Below, piece by piece: positions 52,389-60,477 of a stretch of DNA of 64,000 nucleotides. Every line of letters starts with the position of its first letter. The first letter of the stretch is position 1. Source of the DNA: a virus (taxonomy: Duplodnaviria > Caudoviricetes); the IMG/VR virus record IMGVR_UViG_3300020029_000569, positions 28,207 to 92,206 of that record. The stretch is one strand, 5' to 3'. A program made the position numbers and the translations under genes. The notes beneath the pieces were generated by a model. The model made no database searches. It was given only the letters and a program-made list of their open reading frames with translations, and had not been told where the DNA came from.

Positions 52389-53149
52389 TGTGCAGGGCGG
52401 TTGATAACCTTGAACTCCTTTTGTCGCAACCTGATGAAAGTGTAGATTTGATTTACTGCGACATTCTTTATGGAACTGGTAGAAATTTCGGTGATTACCA
52501 AGACTTAAAACCGATTAGAAGCGAAATTGAAGCACATTATTTGCCACGATTAAAAGAAATGCACCGAGTATTAAAACAAAACGGCTCAATTTATTTGCAA
52601 ATGGATTATAGAATATCCCATTGGATTAGGTTGATAATGGATGATATTTTTGGGTATGATAATTTTGTAAATGAAATTATATGGTGCTACACTATGCCAA
52701 ACAACAACAAAAGGAGATTTAATGCAAAACACGATAATATATTTTCTTACGCAAAAACTAAAGACTATACATTTAATTGGCAAAGCGTATTAACAGATTA
52801 TTCCGAAAGTAGTAAAGAAAGAGGTAAGTATGGAAGTAACTCAATGATGGGTAAAGCCGACAGCCCTTTATCTAAAAACGGAGGTAAAATTATGGAAGAT
52901 TGGATGGTAATACACACACTTAAAGGCAATTCAAAAGAGTATTCAAAATACCCAACCCAAAAGCCAAAAGCATTAATTGAACGAATTATAAAAGCAAGTT
53001 CAAACGAAGGAGATACGGTTGCAGATTACTATTTAGGTTCAGGAACGACAGCAGTAGTTTGTAAAGAATTAAACCGAAATTTTATAGGTTGTGACATTAA
53101 CCCAAAGGCTATTGAAATAACGAAAGCTCGATTGAATGGTGGTCAGTAG
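52343..53149 (+). CDS. Cassette H: beta-class DNA methyltransferase with variant catalytic motif
   Basis: LIYCDILY (in place of DPPY), YPTQKP, DYYLGSGTT. Confidence 0.85.
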   Translation: MIDRITEQPFRQTRVMCRAVDNLELLLSQPDESVDLIYCDILYGTGRNFGDYQDLKPIRSEIEAHYLPRLKEMHRVLKQNGSIYLQMDYRISHWIRLIMDDIFGYDNFVNEIIWCYTMPNNNKRRFNAKHDNIFSYAKTKDYTFNWQSVLTDYSESSKERGKYGSNSMMGKADSPLSKNGGKIMEDWMVIHTLKGNSKEYSKYPTQKPKALIERIIKASSNEGDTVADYYLGSGTTAVVCKELNRNFIGCDINPKAIEITKARLNGGQ

Positions 53150-53275
53150 CATTGCACATAACTACTCGCTTGCTCTGTAAAACTACCTATATAAGTACTA
53201 TATGGAGTTATAGGCGCACCAATGGTTTGTTAATGACTATCACAATTATTCCGTAAATCCGCAAAAATTTAAACA

Positions 53276-53524
53276 ATGTCAAAATACCACAATTTAAGAT
53301 TAGAGTTTTCAGAACCATTTTCAAAGACTGACCTTTCATTTCATAAGGAATTTAAAAAAGCAAGTAGTAGGACAGATAGTGAAGATGAAATAAGGAAGAT
53401 ATTAGTAGAAGTACTAAAGGAGTATGCTAACAGTAAGGCAAAGACTAAAGGAGGGAGGTTAGGTAGGTTCTTTGCAAGGATAGGGGCTATTGTATTGCCT
53501 TTTGTTAGTTTTAAAAAGAAGTAA
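53276..53524 (+). CDS. Hypothetical protein with amphipathic C-terminus
   Basis: 82-aa ORF before the terminator. Confidence 0.55.
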   Translation: MSKYHNLRLEFSEPFSKTDLSFHKEFKKASSRTDSEDEIRKILVEVLKEYANSKAKTKGGRLGRFFARIGAIVLPFVSFKKK

Positions 53525-53550
53525 GTTTTAGGGTATTATCCCTTAATGTA

Positions 53551-53582
53551 AAAAGCCTACCCCGTTATTGGAGTAGGCTTTT
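53551..53582. terminator. Bidirectional terminator at the convergence of the two transcription arms
   Basis: AAAAGCCTAC-cccgttattgga-GTAGGCTTTT. Confidence 0.8.
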
Positions 53583-53602
53583 CTGCTTTTGGATTGGGGG
53601 TG

Positions 53603-53788
53603 TTATATTCCCTCAGTATTGACCCCTAATTCGGGAGTGCTTACTTCTCCGTTACCCCTATCGTCTATGGATATGTTTATGATAGTATCGTCAGGTTTCT
53701 CTCCGTGACTTAACATTACTACTCTTAGAAGGTCATGTAGTTCACCTATGGTAGTAGATACTGTGTTGGTGTTATGGATTATTGTCAT
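53603..53788 (-). CDS. Hypothetical protein
   Basis: 61-aa ORF, last gene of the leftward cluster. Confidence 0.5.
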   Translation of the reverse strand: MTIIHNTNTVSTTIGELHDLLRVVMLSHGEKPDDTIINISIDDRGNGEVSTPELGVNTEGI

Positions 53789-53794
53789 GGTTAA

Positions 53795-54034
53795 TTAGTT
53801 TTTGATTTTTTTATTATATTTTCTAATAGCTGATTTTTGATTAAGTGCAACAATACATTCACCTTTAATCCAAAACTCTTTTAGTCCTTTAGCTTTTAAA
53901 CGTTCAGATCGTAGGCGTTCTTTTTGTTCATCAGTTAATGGAGTATATTCACTATCATCATCATAATGCTTTCCACTCATAGGTGCTGCCATAGCCATCA
54001 TTGCAAGTATTGGCAATAGATTTTTCGTATTCAT
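53795..54034 (-). CDS. Hypothetical protein
   Basis: Likely ATG at 54034; IVALNQKSAIRK C-terminus. Confidence 0.55.
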   Translation of the reverse strand: MNTKNLLPILAMMAMAAPMSGKHYDDDSEYTPLTDEQKERLRSERLKAKGLKEFWIKGECIVALNQKSAIRKYNKKIKN

Positions 54035-54035
54035 T

Positions 54036-54551
54036 TTACTTACTTTTAAAGCTAATAGATTCAATATTAGAATAGTCAATAACACTATCTCCGTATAGGG
54101 TGGTATTGATTTCTAATTGTTTATGGTCTGTATCGTTATTGGTAACGGTACAGTCGTGTAGTTTGCTTTTGTCCTTCATAGTTATACGGTTTACTATCTG
54201 AGTGGGTTGTAATCCTCTTAATACATAGAAGATGTTTTGTTGCATGATGTCCTTTTGCATTTCTAATTTTTTAGTGTAGTATTTTTGATTTTTAATTCTG
54301 TTTGATTCGGGGGTGGTGTATATTTTAGATCCTCCTTTTTCTTCAAGAAGTTTTCTATTTGATTCTAACTTATCAGGGTTTACAATGTAATACACAGTCA
54401 TAGGACTTACCCCAAACTCTCTTGCTGTTGCCCTTAGTCTGTTGGTAGCCTTATACATTAAGATTATAGCCTGTTTATCCTTGTCGTTTATCTTTACCCT
54501 TCCGTCCTTGTCACGGTCTGAAATAGTCTTGTGCGTCCCTTTATTTTCCAT
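54036..54551 (-). CDS. HTH-containing DNA-binding protein
   Basis: LRATAREFGVSPMTVYYIV. Confidence 0.65.
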   Translation of the reverse strand: MENKGTHKTISDRDKDGRVKINDKDKQAIILMYKATNRLRATAREFGVSPMTVYYIVNPDKLESNRKLLEEKGGSKIYTTPESNRIKNQKYYTKKLEMQKDIMQQNIFYVLRGLQPTQIVNRITMKDKSKLHDCTVTNNDTDHKQLEINTTLYGDSVIDYSNIESISFKSK

Positions 54552-54841
54552 ATAATACAGATAAAAAGTTAAGAATGAATATACCTGCTACCATTGCTAC
54601 AATCATAATCACAAAAAGTATCTTTTCGATATTATCCCTTTTCATTAGTTTGTCGTTTTCTTGTTCAGTTGTCATTATTTTTATGGATTTTTAGGTTTAT
54701 CTAATCCTAATTTATTAATCACCGCATTTGCATATTTTTCAGCATTTTCATCTGCCGTATCTTGCCCAATACCCCAATCTCTATCAAGCCATCCTTGTAG
54801 ATATATTTCTTCTAATTTCTTTTTTAATTCTTCCGTTGTCA

Positions 54842-55210
54842 TTATTCGATTGTTATTTTTTTACGTTCCAAATCTATTTCAATATTAGAAGGGTAAAGAA
54901 CATTATCTTTAATTTTCATTTCATCTACTATTGTAAAGTCATTACTATGAATTTCAAATGTTTTAGTCAGGAGGTTATTACATTCTACATCATCTTCGCT
55001 GTAATACTGAAATTCTATTTCTGCTTCTACTGACTGAAAAAAACAACTAATGTCTTTAATGCCCCATAACATTGCAGCTATTTCAACACCCCATTTAACT
55101 GTTGCTGAGGCTATTATATCACTTATCTCAATGTCTTTATGAAGTTCAAGGTACTTGGGTACTCCATAACAGGATATGCTTTCGTTATGCAATTTAGTTT
55201 TAAATTCCAT
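54842..55210 (-). CDS. Hypothetical protein, paralog of 56335..56697
   Basis: MEFKTK..KW..EI...WGIK..IEID..KKITIE. Confidence 0.7.
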   Translation of the reverse strand: MEFKTKLHNESISCYGVPKYLELHKDIEISDIIASATVKWGVEIAAMLWGIKDISCFFQSVEAEIEFQYYSEDDVECNNLLTKTFEIHSNDFTIVDEMKIKDNVLYPSNIEIDLERKKITIE

Positions 55211-55215
55211 TATTT

Positions 55216-55479
55216 TTAAATATTAGTGATTGAATTAATAACTTCCACCTTTGCATTGATAAAGGTATCTTCTGATATTGCTTGTGCTAATCCCTTTTCT
55301 TTTGATGATCTTTTTAGTATTCTGAACTTATCGTTTTGAGAGTTGTACCTATCATCATAATAATCATCTATGTTGTTTTCTATGTGTTCAAGTACCTTTT
55401 TTTCATTTGCATCTGTAAAGGTAAACTTTGCCTTTGTATCTGGGTTGTCAATACTGTAAAATAAGTATGTGGTAGCCAT
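55216..55479 (-). CDS. Hypothetical protein
   Basis: 87-aa ORF. Confidence 0.55.
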   Translation of the reverse strand: MATTYLFYSIDNPDTKAKFTFTDANEKKVLEHIENNIDDYYDDRYNSQNDKFRILKRSSKEKGLAQAISEDTFINAKVEVINSITNI

Positions 55480-55660
55480 TGTATTTAGTCTTTATGTTGT
55501 TTCTTAATGTTAATCAAAAAATCAATTCCATCCATTATGAACATTATTAGCAGAATGAATGCAACAAAATAAGGGTGTCCAGATTCATCTATACTACCCT
55601 TTCTAATAGCATCGCTTACAAATAATAGTCCAAAAAATATTGCTGTTCTCATTGTCTTTA

Positions 55661-55930
55661 TTATTTAAGTTCAGTTAATAAATTCCTCATTCTATCCACT
55701 AATGAATCATCATAAGTTTCTTGTATTCTTTTGCAAGCCAATTCCAATACTTCTAATAGTCTTTCATGGTTATTAACCGCTTTACAGATTAGTTTTGCAT
55801 TTGCATAATTTTTAGTAGTATTAGGCAATTCAAGGATAGAATCGGGACTATGATAATCCCCTACGATTTCTACTTCTGATTTGCTTGTGCGTAGTACCCA
55901 ATCTAAGGGTGTATGTTTTGTTTCTGCCAT
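55661..55930 (-). CDS. Hypothetical phage protein (KHTP.W ... ANAKLI..A family)
   Basis: Motif pattern common in small phage proteins. Confidence 0.65.
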   Translation of the reverse strand: MAETKHTPLDWVLRTSKSEVEIVGDYHSPDSILELPNTTKNYANAKLICKAVNNHERLLEVLELACKRIQETYDDSLVDRMRNLLTELK

Positions 55931-55940
55931 TGTCTTTATT

Positions 55941-56195
55941 TTAAAGTATTATATTATTCCCTTTTGTAATTGGATTACCCATTCCTAACTTCATGTGTTT
56001 ACCAAAAATATTCATAAAATCCCATAATTGAAATTCAGTTACTCCGAATATATCTGCTCTTTTTTTATATTCTTCTATTGGTTTTCTAAACTCAATAGGT
56101 AAATAACTATCATCGTGTTCTTTCCATAATTTATAACCCGAATCAGTTAATTCTGCTTTTATGGATTGGTTGAAGTTCATTATCAAATCTGCCAT
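55941..56195 (-). CDS. Hypothetical phage protein (FQLWDFMNIFG motif)
   Basis: 84-aa ORF with AAGACAATG start context. Confidence 0.65.
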   Translation of the reverse strand: MADLIMNFNQSIKAELTDSGYKLWKEHDDSYLPIEFRKPIEEYKKRADIFGVTEFQLWDFMNIFGKHMKLGMGNPITKGNNIIL

Positions 56196-56334
56196 TGTCT
56201 TTATTTTTAACGTGTAATAAATATTAGAAACCCTATTGGTATGCTAAGTATAACCATCATAATAACTATAAAGATAACTATATGTTCTATTAGGTTTTGC
56301 TTAATTAGTTTTTTATTTTCTTTACTTGCTTCCA

Positions 56335-56697
56335 TTATTCTATTGTTATTGTTTTATCATCAAAATTAACATCTATATGGTTTGGGCAAAGAAAATCAGA
56401 AGTCATTTTAAAGTTATCGTCTATAACTGTAAACCCTTCATCAGTAATAATAAAAGAATCGTCTATTAAGTTATCACCTTTAATATCTTCTTTTTCATAA
56501 TATGAGTATTCAATTTCAATAGATACGCTACGAATGATAGATATAATACTTTTTATACCCCATTCTCTTGCTTCTACTTCTGCACTCCATTTAATTACTG
56601 CAAGTGCTGAATAATCATCTACTTCAATACCTAAATGCTTATCAAGTCCGTAAATGTCTATCTTGGGTGTATCGCTTATTTTTGTTGTAAATTCCAT
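56335..56697 (-). CDS. Hypothetical protein, paralog of 54842..55210
   Basis: MEFTTK..KWSAEVEAREWGIK..DVNFDDKTITIE. Confidence 0.7.
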   Translation of the reverse strand: MEFTTKISDTPKIDIYGLDKHLGIEVDDYSALAVIKWSAEVEAREWGIKSIISIIRSVSIEIEYSYYEKEDIKGDNLIDDSFIITDEGFTVIDDNFKMTSDFLCPNHIDVNFDDKTITIE

Positions 56698-56701
56698 TGT
56701 C

Positions 56702-56899
56702 TTATAGTTGTTTAATAGTTTCCAAATGAGTTTGAATAAAGTTAAGTCTTAATCCTGATTGCTCGGCAAGTGATTGTATTGCATGGCTTTTACCATCCTG
56801 CACCAATTGTTTAAGTCCATAGCATAATCTAAATTGTTTTAGTATGAGGTCTTTATGCCACTGTTCTAAGGGGTAATTACATTGAGGAGGTTTAGTCAT
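56702..56899 (-). CDS. Hypothetical protein
   Basis: 65 aa; AAGACAATG start. Confidence 0.55.
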   Translation of the reverse strand: MTKPPQCNYPLEQWHKDLILKQFRLCYGLKQLVQDGKSHAIQSLAEQSGLRLNFIQTHLETIKQL

Positions 56900-56905
56900 T
56901 GTCTT

Positions 56906-57187
56906 TTATTTTAAACTTATACAAGTTGTATTTTCTACCGTATCAATTGAAATAACGGTTAAATTTTGCCCTAATTTTATAGTACTGTCTATTCCTGCTA
57001 TTTCCATGTAATACGCTGATTCTTCCCAACAGAAATCACAGTTACAACTCTTGTCGTGGTAACGTGGGTCAACCGTTGAGTAAATTATTTCATCGTCTGC
57101 TTGAACGTCTTTAAATTCACTTGTTGAAATAATACCCATTATAGTAAGTACTATACATAGAAGGGTTATTTTGATTGCTGTTTGCAT
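56906..57187 (-). CDS. Membrane-anchored protein with HxxxCxCxxC motif
   Basis: Hydrophobic N-terminus; HDKSCNCDFC. Confidence 0.55.
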   Translation of the reverse strand: MQTAIKITLLCIVLTIMGIISTSEFKDVQADDEIIYSTVDPRYHDKSCNCDFCWEESAYYMEIAGIDSTIKLGQNLTVISIDTVENTTCISLK

Positions 57188-57189
57188 GA

Positions 57190-57417
57190 TTAGGAATTTA
57201 TAAGTGATTGTAAAAGTGAATTATCTTGTGGTTTGTTGAGGTAAAATTCAGCATCCTCCTTTATTGATTCATCGGTGGTATTATCTTTAGCAATCCATCC
57301 TTTCATAACTACCCCTTTTACTAATACTCTTACCCCTTTATTGTAATTTGAATCAGTGTTTAGCCTTCTTACTTGTACTTCTGTATTTTCGTTTATTTTT
57401 ATAGTTCTGTATGCCAT
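57190..57417 (-). CDS. Hypothetical protein
   Basis: 75 aa; AAGACAATG start. Confidence 0.6.
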   Translation of the reverse strand: MAYRTIKINENTEVQVRRLNTDSNYNKGVRVLVKGVVMKGWIAKDNTTDESIKEDAEFYLNKPQDNSLLQSLINS

Positions 57418-57427
57418 TGTCTTTAAT

Positions 57428-57793
57428 TTATTTGTAAACTGTTGGTGTTTCTTCCTGTGATAATTCAGCGTGTATCTTCTTTCCGTACTTGCTAACTTTG
57501 TTTATTTTATATGTATCTCCACTATTGTTAATGTACCAAATATTATTTTTACCGTCTGCACCTAAACTGGGGATTGCCAATCTTCCCATGTAATAATATC
57601 CCTTTGAATACCAAACTTTTTTACCCTTTGCTTTTTTGTCATCTGCGCTGTCTTTACCTGATAAAATATATTTACCCTTCGCTGTCTTTAAAAAATAGTA
57701 TTCTCCTGTATGTTTATACTCAACTATCAAAGGTGTGTTGTAAGTTAAATTTGAATAGGTTATATTAACTGCAAATATTTTTGTAATTTCCAT
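57428..57793 (-). CDS. Hypothetical protein
   Basis: 121 aa; AAGACAATG start. Confidence 0.6.
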   Translation of the reverse strand: MEITKIFAVNITYSNLTYNTPLIVEYKHTGEYYFLKTAKGKYILSGKDSADDKKAKGKKVWYSKGYYYMGRLAIPSLGADGKNNIWYINNSGDTYKINKVSKYGKKIHAELSQEETPTVYK

Positions 57794-57806
57794 TGTCTTT
57801 AGTTTA

Positions 57807-58079
57807 TTAGTTTTCTATTTCGTACATAGGTACGTTACTTTTATTTGTATGTGCATAAGAATCGAAATTTAGAAATGAGGCTTTGCAAGTTTTTACTTCT
57901 AATTTTAATTCATTTTTGCAAACTAAATAGGCTGGTTTGTTTAATTCCATTAAAATCTCCATTTTCTTATCATCAATATCTTTAGCAATTTGATACATTG
58001 TTTGTTTCTTTCTTTCGTCTATTGACTTTCTAATATAGTAGCCATTTTCTTTAAGTTCTGAAATTTTTATCTTTCTCAT
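57807..58079 (-). CDS. Hypothetical protein
   Basis: 90 aa; AAGACAATG start. Confidence 0.6.
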   Translation of the reverse strand: MRKIKISELKENGYYIRKSIDERKKQTMYQIAKDIDDKKMEILMELNKPAYLVCKNELKLEVKTCKASFLNFDSYAHTNKSNVPMYEIEN

Positions 58080-58084
58080 TGTCT

Positions 58085-58279
58085 TTAGTTTAAAAAGGTT
58101 GTTCTATTTATAAAATACTCATTGGCGGTAAATTCAGCATCTTTAAGGCTGTCATAACTCCACGCTATGCAACTAATATCAGAAGGTTTACCTGTGCATA
58201 CTTTAAAAGTACCTTTGCTATCCTTTGTAATGTAGCAAACTATCTTTCTATTTTTCTTGTATTGTTTTACTATTGCCAT
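58085..58279 (-). CDS. Hypothetical protein
   Basis: 64 aa; AAGACAATG start. Confidence 0.6.
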   Translation of the reverse strand: MAIVKQYKKNRKIVCYITKDSKGTFKVCTGKPSDISCIAWSYDSLKDAEFTANEYFINRTTFLN

Positions 58280-58284
58280 TGTCT

Positions 58285-58581
58285 TTACATTTTAACCGTT
58301 TTACTTCTGCTTATTTCAATAGCCTTTACAATGTGTTCTATACTTGTATTTTGGTCTCTGCTTGCATACATCTGGGATTGTATGTAAGCATCAGAATAAC
58401 CACCGCTTACCCATTTATCCGCTTTTTTTTGGCAATGTGGCGTAATTGTCTTAGCGGTTATCTCTGCCTGTATTTCATCCAAAGTAAAAGGATTATACTG
58501 TTTATGTTCTTCCCTGTCTTTCATCCTTATTAATTCGTCTAAGGAGTAAAGGGTAATATTATTATCTTGTTCGGTTCTCAT
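58285..58581 (-). CDS. Hypothetical protein
   Basis: 98-aa ORF. Confidence 0.55.
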   Translation of the reverse strand: MRTEQDNNITLYSLDELIRMKDREEHKQYNPFTLDEIQAEITAKTITPHCQKKADKWVSGGYSDAYIQSQMYASRDQNTSIEHIVKAIEISRSKTVKM

Positions 58582-58592
58582 TTTATTTGATT

Positions 58593-58982
58593 TTAAAAGT
58601 TATTGTTTGTAAATTCTACTGCTGTACATTTTTGAAAGTCCTCTTTTGGAAATATACCCAAATTAAAAGACTTACCTACAAAATACTCATCTACTGATTT
58701 CTCGGTACTCTGTGCGCTTACATTAGTTTCATAATTATATGAAGGATCGGCAAATAGTACTTTTACGCTATTCAGTTTATCAGGGGCAATTAGTTTTAAT
58801 TCGTCTGCCATATATGCACCCATTGAAGTATTAATAAGATAGTTTTTAATTCCGTCCTTGTCTGTCAATATCTCGGTAATTTCTCCTAACTGAGTAAACG
58901 CTCCGTTTATGTCTTTGTAGCATACCCGCAAACCTTGTTTTAGTTCGCTGTCTTTAGTGATTTTATTTATTAAAATTGTCAT
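58593..58982 (-). CDS. Hypothetical protein
   Basis: 129 aa; AAGACAATG start. Confidence 0.6.
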   Translation of the reverse strand: MTILINKITKDSELKQGLRVCYKDINGAFTQLGEITEILTDKDGIKNYLINTSMGAYMADELKLIAPDKLNSVKVLFADPSYNYETNVSAQSTEKSVDEYFVGKSFNLGIFPKEDFQKCTAVEFTNNNF

Positions 58983-59008
58983 TGTCTTTAAGTTGTTTTT
59001 ATAAGTGA

Positions 59009-60052
59009 TTAATATTTAATTTGCGGTTTGTTCTCGTTTCCGTCTCTATCCAATACTATATAATTATCAAAAATTGTTTTAGTGTCCTGTATGTCTGTGT
59101 AATCTACGCTCCATTTCCACGCATTGCCCGGAATACTCATCCAATTTAGTACCGTTACGCTTTTGGCATTTAATGATTTAACGGGGTAGAATGTGCCTCT
59201 ATATTTAACGTGTGTACATTTCATTTCTTTTAAACTGGCTTTACTGTGTATTACAATACCGCAACTTAATAGCTTCTCTTTGAAAAATGCTAATTTGTCG
59301 TTTTCTTCATTGATTTGTACCTGTAGTTTTTCCTTTCTTTCATCTGAAACATAAGCAGGATTTTCTTTTGTGCTTTGATGTCCGCTTACTCTATCCCAAT
59401 ATCCTACGCCTGTAAAGTATCGGTTTAATTCTCTTAATCTGGCTTCTACTTCCTTTATTCTGTTGCCCAAATAAACGGGGTTTGAATACTGCGCCCCCTC
59501 TGCTGTATATTTGGCGGTTTCTGCCCTGTCTTTGTAGTATGATGCTTTTTTATCCTCTTCAATGCTTTTGCCCATTCTATTATGGTTTCTTTCAATCAAT
59601 GCTCTATGTCTTTTCTCGCTGTGGTGTCCAATTTTGATTGGTTCGCCTAAACTTAAAAAGTCTTTACCCTCGTTTGATGCTTCATAGTACTGTTGGCTTC
59701 TCTTTTCTGCGTTCTCTGCATATTTTTCAAACCTTTCTGCCCTGTTTTCTGCTTTCTCTTGCTGCACTTCTATTTGTTCTGCAAAACTCAATTTTTCGCC
59801 CCTTTCGCCCTGATAAATTGCGCCTAATTGATTGCAGACATTTTCAGCACTCCATGTATTATTCTTTGCCCTGCTTACCCATGCACCGGCATAAGATGAA
59901 AATAGAAAATTACTTTTGATCATTTTCTTTTGATCTTCTGGCATACTTATATAGTCTGCCTTTTCAAATTTTAATTCTATTTTCCCAGTTTCAAGGTTTT
60001 TATAATATTGTCTTGTTTCTGTGCCTGTAGTGGCTGTGTTTGTTGTTTGCAT
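59009..60052 (-). CDS. DUF3560-domain protein
   Basis: LGEPIKIGHHSEKRHR signature. Confidence 0.8.
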   Translation of the reverse strand: MQTTNTATTGTETRQYYKNLETGKIELKFEKADYISMPEDQKKMIKSNFLFSSYAGAWVSRAKNNTWSAENVCNQLGAIYQGERGEKLSFAEQIEVQQEKAENRAERFEKYAENAEKRSQQYYEASNEGKDFLSLGEPIKIGHHSEKRHRALIERNHNRMGKSIEEDKKASYYKDRAETAKYTAEGAQYSNPVYLGNRIKEVEARLRELNRYFTGVGYWDRVSGHQSTKENPAYVSDERKEKLQVQINEENDKLAFFKEKLLSCGIVIHSKASLKEMKCTHVKYRGTFYPVKSLNAKSVTVLNWMSIPGNAWKWSVDYTDIQDTKTIFDNYIVLDRDGNENKPQIKY

Positions 60053-60150
60053 GATAGTTTGTTGCGCCTGTTATGGTCTGCGCTTGACATTTATAGATTT
60101 GTGATTGTGAAAAGATTAATTTGTTTTATGGCTGTATAGTCGGTTTGTAA

Positions 60151-60477
60151 TTAGATGTTTTCTGTTTTAATTATTATTAGGTCTAAGGCGTCATGTTGAT
60201 TGTATTCTATGGTATATTTTTTATTTTTCATCCATTTAGGAGCGCTTGCGCCCGCTTTTACACATTCGTCTATTAGTGCGCCCACTTGCCTTATATCTAC
60301 GGTATCAAGCCATGAATTAAAATCTTTCTTAAAGTCTGAAAGTTTAGTGTGAAAACTATCTCTTCTTATGAGTGCCTTTGTTCCTTGCATAAGTACGCAG
60401 TCGGTTGCTTTTTTGCTATCCACAAAGGTTTGATAGAATAGCTTTTTTACTGCTTCAAAATTTGGTTGTGTTTGCAT
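60151..60477 (-). CDS. Hypothetical protein
   Basis: 108-aa ORF. Confidence 0.55.
   Translation of the reverse strand: MQTQPNFEAVKKLFYQTFVDSKKATDCVLMQGTKALIRRDSFHTKLSDFKKDFNSWLDTVDIRQVGALIDECVKAGASAPKWMKNKKYTIEYNQHDALDLIIIKTENI

Larger units (their letters stand above)
46385..53162 (+). mobile_element. Integron-like gene cassette array (8 attC-like sites plus a terminal half-site, 8 cassettes, no integrase in window)
   Basis: Regular TAAC-hairpin-GTTA elements between co-oriented genes; the ends of each cassette are mutually complementary. Confidence 0.85.

Noticed and set aside
46385-53162. CRISPR array or simple terminators as an explanation for the repeated hairpins
   Set aside because: The elements are not identical direct repeats, are separated by whole genes, lack U-tracts and have conserved TAAC/GTTA ends; no cas genes are visible.
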